Shown one piece after another: positions 27,031 to 36,458 of a stretch of 64,000 nucleotides of DNA. The stretch comes from a virus: IMG/VR virus record IMGVR_UViG_3300021964_000015. One strand, written 5' to 3'. The notes beneath the pieces were generated by a model. The model ran no database searches, was not told the DNA's origin, and saw only the letters and a list, made by a program, of their open reading frames with translations. The stretch's first letter is position 1, and the number at the start of each line of letters is the position of its first letter. The translations under genes and the position numbers were made by a program.

Positions 27031-29115
27031 ATGGCCTATTACCAGCTTTCCCCAGAAGTGGGGCAACGACAGTACGTTGTCGCAAGTGGCGCTAATGCCG
27101 GCACTGTTCTTCAGCAAGCTGGTGAATTTCCTACTGGCCAAGAACTAGGGGCAAACAGCATTCCGGCTGTTTTGCCCCTTTTTGGCACAGGGCTTCCAAT
27201 TAGTTTTTATAAAGAAAAGCCCACTGAAATTAAGAATGATTTATTTGGCAATCCACGAGCAGAAGAAACATTAAGCCTGTTTAATTACACTGATGACTAT
27301 GCATTTCGAGAGGATGTATACGTCAGTGAAATTCGTGGTTTGAATGAAGTTGGTGATGATGACGTAGAGAGTGCTAAGTGGTCTCAGCTGCAAGATACAT
27401 TAATTGAATACAGCCCGCTTCCTCTTGGTTACATTCAATACGACGCAAAACGACGTGGTGTTCGCATTGAACTTGCCAAATCAGAAGGCGGTTTTCAACG
27501 TGCTCGCATTAGTACTAAAAAACGCTTTCGTTATCAGACAGGGCGTGTAGTTCGTTCGTCTGTATGCTTGCAGATGAGCCTGGCAGAATTGCCAGCATGC
27601 GAAAAGCTTTGGGGCATTGGAGATTCTCTTGATGGCTTCTTTTTCCAAATTATTGCCGATGGTGAAGGGGATAACTTCCGCGTGGTTCATCGCCGTTCGT
27701 CAGGTGATGGCTTGGTCAAGGAAGTCGTTGTTCCACGCAGCAGCTTTAATGGGGATAAGCTTGATGGTACTGGCAGCAGCAACGCTTCTATTGACTTCAC
27801 CAAGAACTGCATGTACTTGGTGGAATGGGGATGGTATGGTGCCAGTTCTGCACGGTTTTATGCTTTTGTAATTGACGAAGCAGTAGATCTTCCTGTTACG
27901 GTTAGCAAAATCCCTCGTGGTCGATGGGTGTTGATGCATGAACTGTTGATTCCCGACAGTTTAGATGCACCAAGTTTGGGCACGCCTTCATTGCCCTTTA
28001 CCATTGAAATTAGCAACACTGGCTATCTTGTAGAGCCTCAGTACATTATTAAGTATGGTCTGAGCCTGCAAATTGATGGCGGCGAGACAGAAAAAGCAGA
28101 CATGCGTGCTGCTGATTTGTCTGAAGGGCGTGAAATTGGTCCAGTGTATGGCGGCTCTGAGGCCGCCCATTTATTCCCTATTTTTGCATTGAGAGGAGTA
28201 GATTTTGCTCCAAATCAAATTTTAAATAGCCAGCAAGCGCTTCCAAAATCAATGGATGTGTTTGCTAATTATCGCACTGAAATTGCAATCATTCGTGATC
28301 CTGTTTTTAGGAACTTAGAGCAGGAAGTGGGCCACATCAATGGCACACTTCCAAAGAATAGTGCCGGTAGTTATCGCGTGGCGGAGTCGCTACTGACGGG
28401 ATTGGATGGTGGTGGTAATGTTATTGAAATTGCCACTGAACAACCAAGCGTATTACCATTGTCGGCGCAAGAGCCTTACACAGCAACTGACATGGGCACC
28501 ATTGAAGGCAACTTCACTTTGCGTCAAGTGGTGGCCGGTAAAACTCTTGCAACTTTCTATGCAGGAAGTAATCAAGGCGAAAGGGTTGACTTGACTAGGA
28601 TTTATGACTTAGTGCGGGAAGCAATTAGCACTGAATATGACAGCAAGTTTAGTTTCCCTGTAACCAATGAAGATTATCAAATTGAAACCATTGGAGGAGA
28701 TGGCACTCTTACGCTTACTAGAAAGCACACTTTAGAAATTGGCTTTAGGTTTGTAATTGGCCTCAACACTTACTACGTTGTTTCTACTCCCAGTGTTTCA
28801 AGTATCAGGGTGAGTGAAACGAAAGGAGGAAGTGTTTTCACTGGTTTTAGCGGACAGGGTATTTCGGCTGGTGATTTTGGCACTGCTTTTTATGATTTAG
28901 TGGTTGATCAGGCCATTGCATCTCGTGCACGGCCAATTGATCAAGGCGCCATTGTTATTGCTGCTAGACGCATTCAAGACAAGCTTCTTCCGTTGTCTTT
29001 TGAACGTAAGAACGCAGAATGGATGCTCACTTATGATTGCGCCACTTCTGACACTTATAATATTGTTAGCCCATCTCCTGAAGTGCGAGTATTCCTTAAT
29101 TACGGGCTTCGATAA
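27031..29115 (+). CDS. Cyanophage-type virion structural protein (paralog 2)
   Basis: FRYQTGR, VPRSSFNGDKLDGTGSS, GWYGASSAR, PSLGTP.LP shared with the previous gene. Confidence 0.65.
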   Translation: MAYYQLSPEVGQRQYVVASGANAGTVLQQAGEFPTGQELGANSIPAVLPLFGTGLPISFYKEKPTEIKNDLFGNPRAEETLSLFNYTDDYAFREDVYVSEIRGLNEVGDDDVESAKWSQLQDTLIEYSPLPLGYIQYDAKRRGVRIELAKSEGGFQRARISTKKRFRYQTGRVVRSSVCLQMSLAELPACEKLWGIGDSLDGFFFQIIADGEGDNFRVVHRRSSGDGLVKEVVVPRSSFNGDKLDGTGSSNASIDFTKNCMYLVEWGWYGASSARFYAFVIDEAVDLPVTVSKIPRGRWVLMHELLIPDSLDAPSLGTPSLPFTIEISNTGYLVEPQYIIKYGLSLQIDGGETEKADMRAADLSEGREIGPVYGGSEAAHLFPIFALRGVDFAPNQILNSQQALPKSMDVFANYRTEIAIIRDPVFRNLEQEVGHINGTLPKNSAGSYRVAESLLTGLDGGGNVIEIATEQPSVLPLSAQEPYTATDMGTIEGNFTLRQVVAGKTLATFYAGSNQGERVDLTRIYDLVREAISTEYDSKFSFPVTNEDYQIETIGGDGTLTLTRKHTLEIGFRFVIGLNTYYVVSTPSVSSIRVSETKGGSVFTGFSGQGISAGDFGTAFYDLVVDQAIASRARPIDQGAIVIAARRIQDKLLPLSFERKNAEWMLTYDCATSDTYNIVSPSPEVRVFLNYGLR

Positions 29116-29124
29116 GGCAAAAGC

Positions 29125-29934
29125 ATGGCGGACGGTAGTTCTATTATCAGTGTTGCATTAAGCGGTCTTCCGAACGAAACGCAAGACCGTGCATATGCAT
29201 TTTGCATTGGCACTCAAATCTTTCAGAATCCAGACCAAGATCCTAGGGATGGGAGCTTTAGCTTTAAGGTGGATCCTGAGCTGTTTGATGTGAGCATTTC
29301 GGGAGATACTGTAGGAACAACGGCAATTGGCCTTGCTACAGCTGAAAACATTTCCTCCATTGCTTCTTGGTCTTCAACAGCAGAAATCAGTGATGACGGC
29401 CAAAGCTTTGGCGTGTATTGCGTAAGCTTTGCCGAGAATAGCTTGGTTAGCAACAAGATTAACATTTGTTGCGCTGGCAATACTATTGGCGCCATCCAAA
29501 AGAACCGTCAATCCACATCAACTGACATTGGTTTTGACACATTAACCATTTCAGGGCATGGCTATAGCAATGGCGATGCAGTTGTGATTTACAGCGGAAG
29601 CCCTCCTCCTCCATTGCAACTCAACACCACTTACTACGTGGCCACCTCTGGGGAAGATAAAATTCGCCTTGCTGCAAGTCATGGTCAATCACTAATTGGT
29701 GATGTGATTGACATTACTATTAGCGGTGGCCCAGCTTATCTGCGTAGTGATGATTTAATTGAAATTAGGCGCAATGGTATTTCAGAAGCTGTTGGCGTGT
29801 ATCGTAACGATACGCAAATTTATGCCATTGGTTCTAATGGTGAAACATTAAGGCCATTCTTTTGGACGAGAGAGTCTAGCAATAGTGCTACGATACCAGT
29901 ATTCAAGGAAATTAAAGTTAGCGGGGCTTCTTGA
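29125..29934 (+). CDS. Putative virion protein
   Basis: HGYSNGDAV.......P.PL..NTTYYV......IRLA module typical of cyanophage structural proteins. Confidence 0.55.
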   Translation: MADGSSIISVALSGLPNETQDRAYAFCIGTQIFQNPDQDPRDGSFSFKVDPELFDVSISGDTVGTTAIGLATAENISSIASWSSTAEISDDGQSFGVYCVSFAENSLVSNKINICCAGNTIGAIQKNRQSTSTDIGFDTLTISGHGYSNGDAVVIYSGSPPPPLQLNTTYYVATSGEDKIRLAASHGQSLIGDVIDITISGGPAYLRSDDLIEIRRNGISEAVGVYRNDTQIYAIGSNGETLRPFFWTRESSNSATIPVFKEIKVSGAS

Positions 29935-29937
29935 TTC

Positions 29938-32790
29938 ATGGCTCAAACACGGTTGATTTCAGAGCTTGTTGAGCTTATCACTCCTAATAATGAAGATGTA
30001 TTTGTAATTGTTGATAACACTACAAATCCGTCGTTAGGCGTGACGAAAAAGATTTCGTATGCCTCGCTAAAAGAAGATTTACAAGACGTTGTTGCTACGC
30101 TCACGTCTGGCGGTACTGGCATCAATGCATCGTATAACGATTTAAATAATACGCTTACCATTTCAGTGGTTGATGATACAACCACTCAACGCACCATTGT
30201 TTCTTCTGGTGGCGGTGAAATTGGCACGCGCAAAGAAATTAATTTTATTGCAGGCACTGCTACCACTGTTAGCGGTGTTGATAATAGTGGAGAGAATCGC
30301 GTTGACGTGACGATTGGCGTTGATGCTTCTCAGATTAGCATTAACGATTTATCGTCCGCCTCTCCTCTTGAAGTGACGAAAGGGGGCACTGGTGGAAGCA
30401 CGGCAAGTGCTGCTCGTGGCAATTTAGGCGCAGCAAAGGCAGGAAGCAATAGCGACATCACTGCATTGACTGGTCTCACCACTGCGCTTTCTATCAACCA
30501 GGGTGGCACAGGCGCAGACACCGCTCAACAGGCATTGAAAGGCATTGGTGGCCTGAAATATATTACTGACGTAGGTGTTGGCGGCGAAAGCCTTGTCGTT
30601 AATGACACGGTGGAAGTAGCCAATGAATTCCGTGGTGAAATTAAAGGAATTAAGGCTGGTAATAGCACGATTAGCGTAACAACTGATGGCACTGATATTG
30701 CCGTCACTGCGAATCCCGACGATATTCTTGGTGGCGCCACTCAGAATGTCAGCCTCAATAATTATCGTCTTACTGACGTTGCATCGCCAGTTGGTGCCAC
30801 TGACGCTGCGAACCGTGCATATGTTGATCAAGTTAGCGCTGGTTTAAGTATTAAAGAAGCGGTGGTTGCAGCCACCACTACAAATATTGCATCCACGTAT
30901 GTGGGAAGCCCTGCCTTTACGCTCACTGTAACTGGCACTGGCGTTCCTTCTCTTGATGGCGTAAACATTACCAGCATTGGCACTAGGGTGCTGGTTAAGG
31001 ATCAAACCACTGCGACGCAAAATGGCATTTATGAGCTGACAACTGCAGCTGGCACTGGCGTTAGCGCAGTCTTCACCCGTGCTGATGACGCTAATAGCAG
31101 CGCAGAGGTGAAGGCTGGCATTTTCATGTTTGTGCAAAATGGCACGACAAATGGCAACCTTCAATTTACGCAAGTCACAAACGCGCCTGTTCTTGACACC
31201 GATCCGCTTGTCTTCTCTGTTTTAAACGACGCAACAATTGCAGATAATTCTGTCACTAATTTAAAGCTGTCTGACATGACAGCTTTGACAATCAAGGGGG
31301 CAGTCTCTAGTGGCAATCCGCAAGATTTGACACCCAATCAAGTGTTGGGCATTCTCAATAGCGGCACCACTAAACTTACTTCCAACGTTTTATTTTCTGG
31401 AACCACTGCAGCGGCTGGTATTGTTCAGCTTTATAACAATGTTGATGGCACGAGCAGTGGCTTGGCGGCCACTGCTAATGCCGTCAAGACTGCTTATGAC
31501 TTAGCTGCTGGTGCCATTCCTATTAGTGGAGGCACTTTTACTGGTCACGTTTCTGGCACCACTGCACCAGTTGGAACCAATACCACTCAACTGGCAACTA
31601 CTGCATTTGTTAATAGTGAAATTGCAAATGATGCCCCCACTAAAACTGGTGGTGGAGCAACAGGCACTTGGGGTATTTCCATTAGCGGAAATGCTGGCAC
31701 CGCCTCTGCATTGGCATCTGGCGTAAGCATTGGCTTAGCGGGTGATTTAAGTGGTAGTGCTGTTTTTAATGGCAACAGCAATATTACCATTACTGGCGTT
31801 GTTGCAGATGATTCTCATAACCATGTTATTAGCAATGTTGACGGGTTGCAAACTGCTTTAGATGCAAAGGCGCCGCTTGTTAATGCTGCATTGTCTGGCA
31901 CCCCAACTGCACCCACTGCAAGCGCTGGCACTGCAACCACTCAAATTGCAACTACTGCCTTTGTAGGAAATGCGGTTAATACATTAGCCAGCGGAACTGT
32001 AGCGTTTGCAGACGCCTTAAGTTCTGGAGTAACCATTGCACTGGGTGGAGACGTAAGTGGCTCTGTTGTTTTTGATGGAAGCCAAAATGTTACTTTGACG
32101 GGTGTTATTGCCAATAACTCTGTCACCCTGGGAACCGACACCACTGGTAATTACGTTGCAAGTGCTGCAACAGCTGGTAGTGGTATTTCCGGAAGCGTCG
32201 ACACTGAAGGTGGTGTCTTCACCGTCACTTCCAACGCTACTCCTGCAAGTATTAGTGGCACAATCGTTTCTCGTGATGCTAGTGGTAGCTTTGCAGCAAA
32301 TGTCATCACTGCTTCTTTGTCCGGCAATGCATCTACTGCCAACACTTGGGCAAGTGGAAGGACCATCACTTTAAGTGGCGATGTGTCTGGAAGTGTTTCC
32401 ATTGACGGAAGCAGTGATGTTACTCTCAATGGTACGGTAAGCAGCAACATAGCTCGCCTCGCAAATGCACAAACATTTAGCGCACAGCAAACCTTTGTTG
32501 AGACTTCCGATACTGTATATGCTCTCACTGGTACAGACTTAGACCCAGCAAATGGTGGTATTCAAACAAAAACATTATCTGGAAGCACTACTTTTACAGA
32601 ATCCTTGGAAAGTGGCCAAAGTGTGCTGTTAATGCTGGAAAGCGGCGCCACTTATACAGTGACTTGGCCAACGGTATCTTGGGTGTCGAATATCGGTAAC
32701 ATTGCACCCACCTTAACGAATAAGGATGCTATTGTTTTCTGGCAAGTTGGCGCCACTGTTTACGGCAACTACCTTGGGAGCTATGTGTAA
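29938..32790 (+). CDS. Long tail fibre protein
   Basis: GGTG repeats, DAANRAYVD, RVLVKDQT..TQNGIY, ATANAVKTAYD, TTQLATTAFV fibre motifs. Confidence 0.8.
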   Translation: MAQTRLISELVELITPNNEDVFVIVDNTTNPSLGVTKKISYASLKEDLQDVVATLTSGGTGINASYNDLNNTLTISVVDDTTTQRTIVSSGGGEIGTRKEINFIAGTATTVSGVDNSGENRVDVTIGVDASQISINDLSSASPLEVTKGGTGGSTASAARGNLGAAKAGSNSDITALTGLTTALSINQGGTGADTAQQALKGIGGLKYITDVGVGGESLVVNDTVEVANEFRGEIKGIKAGNSTISVTTDGTDIAVTANPDDILGGATQNVSLNNYRLTDVASPVGATDAANRAYVDQVSAGLSIKEAVVAATTTNIASTYVGSPAFTLTVTGTGVPSLDGVNITSIGTRVLVKDQTTATQNGIYELTTAAGTGVSAVFTRADDANSSAEVKAGIFMFVQNGTTNGNLQFTQVTNAPVLDTDPLVFSVLNDATIADNSVTNLKLSDMTALTIKGAVSSGNPQDLTPNQVLGILNSGTTKLTSNVLFSGTTAAAGIVQLYNNVDGTSSGLAATANAVKTAYDLAAGAIPISGGTFTGHVSGTTAPVGTNTTQLATTAFVNSEIANDAPTKTGGGATGTWGISISGNAGTASALASGVSIGLAGDLSGSAVFNGNSNITITGVVADDSHNHVISNVDGLQTALDAKAPLVNAALSGTPTAPTASAGTATTQIATTAFVGNAVNTLASGTVAFADALSSGVTIALGGDVSGSVVFDGSQNVTLTGVIANNSVTLGTDTTGNYVASAATAGSGISGSVDTEGGVFTVTSNATPASISGTIVSRDASGSFAANVITASLSGNASTANTWASGRTITLSGDVSGSVSIDGSSDVTLNGTVSSNIARLANAQTFSAQQTFVETSDTVYALTGTDLDPANGGIQTKTLSGSTTFTESLESGQSVLLMLESGATYTVTWPTVSWVSNIGNIAPTLTNKDAIVFWQVGATVYGNYLGSYV

Positions 32791-34169
32791 TGTTTACTAA
32801 ATTTTTACTTGGCAATACCGAGGAGTCTCAAGCGTGGCTTGCTTTTACTGACTTAAGAGCGGAAGTTGTCGGATTGCCATCTTTTTTTGTTGATAACGAT
32901 GGTTCAATTTATATTTCATTTTCCTACCTTGGCGTTAGCTATTTAGCAAAGCTTAGGTTCAATGGAATCGTTGAATGGGCGCGATTGATTAATCCAGCTG
33001 GTAGCTCTGGCTCTTGTTTATTATCAGTAACAGGGGATAGCAATGGCAATATTTATGCTTGCGGTGGTAACGTAACCGGAAGCGGAAGCAAGGGGTTTTT
33101 AGTTAAAGTTAACAGCGCTGACGGCAGCACTATTTGGGCTAGGGAATTCGACAAGGGCAATGGAAATCCTTGTGTTTTTGGTAGTGTTTTTATTAAATCA
33201 AATGGAGGTATTGCAGCTTTTGAAGTAAGAGCTACTGGCTTTAACGTTAGCACGTCATCAGTAGAAAATGCCTATGTTGTTTACACCGCAAGCGGCACCG
33301 TAAGTCAAGCGGGGGTTTTTACGACATTCAATACTTCCAGTCTTGTTCCTGACGGAGTAGAAGCCAAAAACGTAAACGGAACACCTTTGGCCCTGGCTAT
33401 AACAGGATACAATGGCAAGAATGCTGCATATTTGTACCCGCTAGAATCGTTTAGCCCATTTCCGAGCGGCAACAGTTTTTCTTTCGTCTACCAAAATAGC
33501 CTATGCACTCCGCTCAGTTTTGATTTCGTCCCCGCTCCTTCAAATGCTGTTCCTCAAATATGTTATCTAATAGGCAGGGACACTGCCTTTCCAGGTCTTA
33601 GTGAAAATTTTATAGCCAAAGTTAGCCCTAACGCTGCCAATACTGGAGCAAGTCTTTACTGGCTAAAAAGATTTAACAACACATCCGGATCTGACTTTTC
33701 TGTCAACAGTGTAGCTGCAGATAGCAGTGGCAATGCTTATTGCACCGGAATTATCAGTAACACTGCTATTTTATTAATAAAAATAGACACAAATGGCAAT
33801 GTGGTATGGAAAAATTCTATTGACATTGTTTCAGGAAACCCCTCTAGTTCAGTAAATAGTTTTAACACTATTGTAGGCTTAAAAGTTAGCGGAGATTATC
33901 TTATCGTCAGTTTTTCTGCCGTTTATCAGTTTGTACTTAAAGTACCAACTGACGGCAGTTTAAGGGGCACATACACAAACTTGGCTGGCTACACGTTTGA
34001 ATATGGCAATACAACCTTGGAATCATTTGTCACGCTAGTAAATGAAACCACTAATGTATACACATCCATCCCAACTACCAATAGCTTTTCGTTTTCAACG
34101 CAAAATAGTCTTTCCGCGGCAGGCGGCCTTATTCAAAATAATGCGCCAAGGCGAGGTACGATTGGGTGA
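32790..34169 (+). CDS. Beta-propeller-like receptor-binding/fibre-associated protein
   Basis: Repeated D(S/N).GN(I/A)Y..G...L(V/I)K....G..(I/V)W blades; more AT-rich than neighbours. Confidence 0.6.
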   Translation: MFTKFLLGNTEESQAWLAFTDLRAEVVGLPSFFVDNDGSIYISFSYLGVSYLAKLRFNGIVEWARLINPAGSSGSCLLSVTGDSNGNIYACGGNVTGSGSKGFLVKVNSADGSTIWAREFDKGNGNPCVFGSVFIKSNGGIAAFEVRATGFNVSTSSVENAYVVYTASGTVSQAGVFTTFNTSSLVPDGVEAKNVNGTPLALAITGYNGKNAAYLYPLESFSPFPSGNSFSFVYQNSLCTPLSFDFVPAPSNAVPQICYLIGRDTAFPGLSENFIAKVSPNAANTGASLYWLKRFNNTSGSDFSVNSVAADSSGNAYCTGIISNTAILLIKIDTNGNVVWKNSIDIVSGNPSSSVNSFNTIVGLKVSGDYLIVSFSAVYQFVLKVPTDGSLRGTYTNLAGYTFEYGNTTLESFVTLVNETTNVYTSIPTTNSFSFSTQNSLSAAGGLIQNNAPRRGTIG

Positions 34170-34627
34170 TTCTTGTTTTTGCGGAAAATTCAACAGTCAA
34201 ACAATATCCTGCAAGCATTAATGACTTGCGTCGCAAATTTCCAAGTGTAAGCTTTCCTTCTGACATTTCTTCGTTTGATCTTTCCAAGTATGGAGCTTAT
34301 GTTGTAAAAACAACCAGCCCTCCGGATTTTGATTACACAAAGGAAACGCTTAGCGAAGTACTGCCTGTACTAAAAAAAGGGGAATGGGTGCAGCAATGGG
34401 AAGTGACCAGTTTAAGCAGTCGCATTATTGAGGGCCGCAAGAAATCAGAAGAAGGGCAATGTAGAACAAGGCGAAATGAGCTTCTTGAAAAAAGCGACTG
34501 GACTCAATTATCAGACGCTCCAGTAGACAAAGAAGCTTGGGCATCATATCGCCAAAAGCTGCGTGATATTACGCTACAAGAAGGCTTTCCATCCTCCATT
34601 GAATGGCCTGTAGCTCCAGAAAACTAG
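34166..34627 (+). CDS. Tail fibre assembly chaperone
   Basis: RNELLEKSDWTQLSDAPVDKEAWASYRQKLRDIT.Q.GFP..I.WP..P. Confidence 0.8.
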   Translation: MILVFAENSTVKQYPASINDLRRKFPSVSFPSDISSFDLSKYGAYVVKTTSPPDFDYTKETLSEVLPVLKKGEWVQQWEVTSLSSRIIEGRKKSEEGQCRTRRNELLEKSDWTQLSDAPVDKEAWASYRQKLRDITLQEGFPSSIEWPVAPEN

Positions 34628-34659
34628 CCCTATACTGAGCAAGACCTTTTCATTTTCTC

Positions 34660-34797
34660 ATGGCCGTCAAAAGCAAAATTGGCATTAGCGGGCAAAAGCT
34701 ACACACGCCAAATAAAGCAAAAAAGACAAAGCAAGGGCAAGGGCGAAATAGTCGCCCTTCACACGGACGAAAGCTTTCACGAGGCCAAGGAAAATAA
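34660..34797 (+). CDS. 45-aa very basic protein
   Basis: Translated by hand: MAVKSKIGISGQKLHTPNKAKKTKQGQGRNSRPSHGRKLSRGQGK; own -10 (TATACT 34631) and terminator. Confidence 0.65.
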   Translation: MAVKSKIGISGQKLHTPNKAKKTKQGQGRNSRPSHGRKLSRGQGK

Positions 34798-34800
34798 ACA

Positions 34801-34829
34801 AAAGGGCCGCCCTTAAAGCGGCCCTTTTT
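34801..34829 (+). terminator. Intrinsic terminator (possibly bidirectional)
   Basis: AAAGGGCCGC-CCTTAAA-GCGGCCCTTT followed by more T. Confidence 0.75.
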
Positions 34830-34877
34830 AATGCACCAAACTATTGCTAGATTTAAAACAATAGACACCAAAAGCGA

Positions 34878-35216
34878 ATGATTGAACCAGGAAGGTACGA
34901 TATTACCATTCATCAAGGCGTCACTTTTGAACTGCCCTTGCAATACAAGGACAATGTGGGGCAGCCTGTCAATATGACAAGCTACACCGTTAGTGGCACT
35001 TTATGGGACCGACTTGGCGAAAATAAGCTTGCCAATTTTGCCTCTCCATGGACATCACAAATTAGCGGCATGTTTAAGCTGCGTTTAGAAGCTGCCACTA
35101 CAAGCGGCATCACGGAAGATGGCCAATATGACGTGATGGTAACGCAGCCTGATGGCGACACTTTTTACCTTCTTGAAGGCAATGTTAAATTAAATCCTGG
35201 ACTGTCTTGGCAATGA
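34878..35216 (+). CDS. Fibre adaptor-like protein (paralog of 36121-36456)
   Basis: PGRYDITIHQG.TF...YDV.VT.PDG...Y.LEG. Confidence 0.6.
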   Translation: MIEPGRYDITIHQGVTFELPLQYKDNVGQPVNMTSYTVSGTLWDRLGENKLANFASPWTSQISGMFKLRLEAATTSGITEDGQYDVMVTQPDGDTFYLLEGNVKLNPGLSWQ

Positions 35217-36064
35217 CACAAGTAGTAATTACAAAGCAACAAAATAGTGTTGTCATTCAAGACGGTGATGAAACAATTGTTTCACCATTGCCTAATGTAG
35301 TTGGACTTGAAATTTGGCAGCCAGGCACTCCACCAGGAGGACTTACTGGCGACATTCTTGTTAAAGCATCTGATCAAAACCATCATTCTGAATGGACTGA
35401 TGAGCCAATTGTTGATAAATTGCGTTTTGATTTGACGGCAGCAGAAGATCCAGGCACTGGCGAGATGGCTTGGAATGTTGATGAAGGTACTGTTGCTTTA
35501 GGAAAGAATGGCTTGGACCATTACATTGGCCAAGACAATTTAGTGATGTGCCGAAACAATAGCAACGTAGATGAAATTGCGAAGGGCACTGGCGTGATGT
35601 TTGCTGGCACTTTAGGAGCAAGTGGCAGGTTGAAAGTGGCGCCAATGATTGCTGATGGTAGCGTGCCAGGGTATTTATTTTTTGGCGTTACTGCACAAGC
35701 AATTTCTCCAGCAAGCGATGGCTATGTAGTGACATTTGGCAAAATTCGCGGCATCAATACAGAACTCTATCCCGAAGGAAGTATTTTGTGGTGCAGTCCA
35801 ACAACACCTGGAGGGTTTGTTACAACTGAACCTCAGGCCCCTTCATTGAAACTATCTGTTGCGGCAGTTGTTAGCAGAAAGAGTAATGGCACGATTTTTG
35901 TGCGCTGGGACACTGGACGCAGACTAAAAGATTTACATGATGTGGAAGCCAATGGTAGCGTGACTGACGGAGACATTCTCGTGTGGAGCGATGCAAATAA
36001 TAGATGGGAAGCATCTAATGCATTGTCGTTGTTAGAAGCTCGTGTTGCTGCATTGGAAGCCTGA
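35213..36064 (+). CDS. Putative fibre/decoration protein
   Basis: GGLTGDILVK.S, GEMAWN.DEGT, LKDLHDV, GDILVW motifs. Confidence 0.6.
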   Translation: MTQVVITKQQNSVVIQDGDETIVSPLPNVVGLEIWQPGTPPGGLTGDILVKASDQNHHSEWTDEPIVDKLRFDLTAAEDPGTGEMAWNVDEGTVALGKNGLDHYIGQDNLVMCRNNSNVDEIAKGTGVMFAGTLGASGRLKVAPMIADGSVPGYLFFGVTAQAISPASDGYVVTFGKIRGINTELYPEGSILWCSPTTPGGFVTTEPQAPSLKLSVAAVVSRKSNGTIFVRWDTGRRLKDLHDVEANGSVTDGDILVWSDANNRWEASNALSLLEARVAALEA

Positions 36065-36120
36065 TGATAGTGATCATTGAAAGCCATTCGTGGCTATCAT
36101 GAAAGAAATACAATAAAGTC

Positions 36121-36456
36121 GTGATCTATCCTGCCACTTACGACATTGTGGTGTTGCAAAACTCCACTTTTAAGATGAGGCTTAATGCCTCGTCTAGTGG
36201 TTCGCCTATTAATGTGAGCGGCTATGTTTTTGACGCCGATATTTGCTACACGACTGGTGGTATTATTACAAGCTTTTCTTCTGAAGTGATTTCAGCTGCA
36301 AGTGGCATTGTAGATTTTGAGCTAGTGCCAAGTCAAACTGCTGATTTTACAGAAGGTGAGTATAAATATGATTTAAATGCAACTTCTCCCAATGGCGAAC
36401 GTTACTATTGGCTAAAGGGCGCTCTCACTGTTTCTGGCACTTGTTCTAGGAATTGA
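36121..36456 (+). CDS. Fibre adaptor-like protein (paralog of 34878-35216)
   Basis: PATYDIVVLQ.STF...YDL..TSPNG..YYWLKG. Confidence 0.6.
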   Translation: MIYPATYDIVVLQNSTFKMRLNASSSGSPINVSGYVFDADICYTTGGIITSFSSEVISAASGIVDFELVPSQTADFTEGEYKYDLNATSPNGERYYWLKGALTVSGTCSRN

Positions 36457-36458
36457 TT

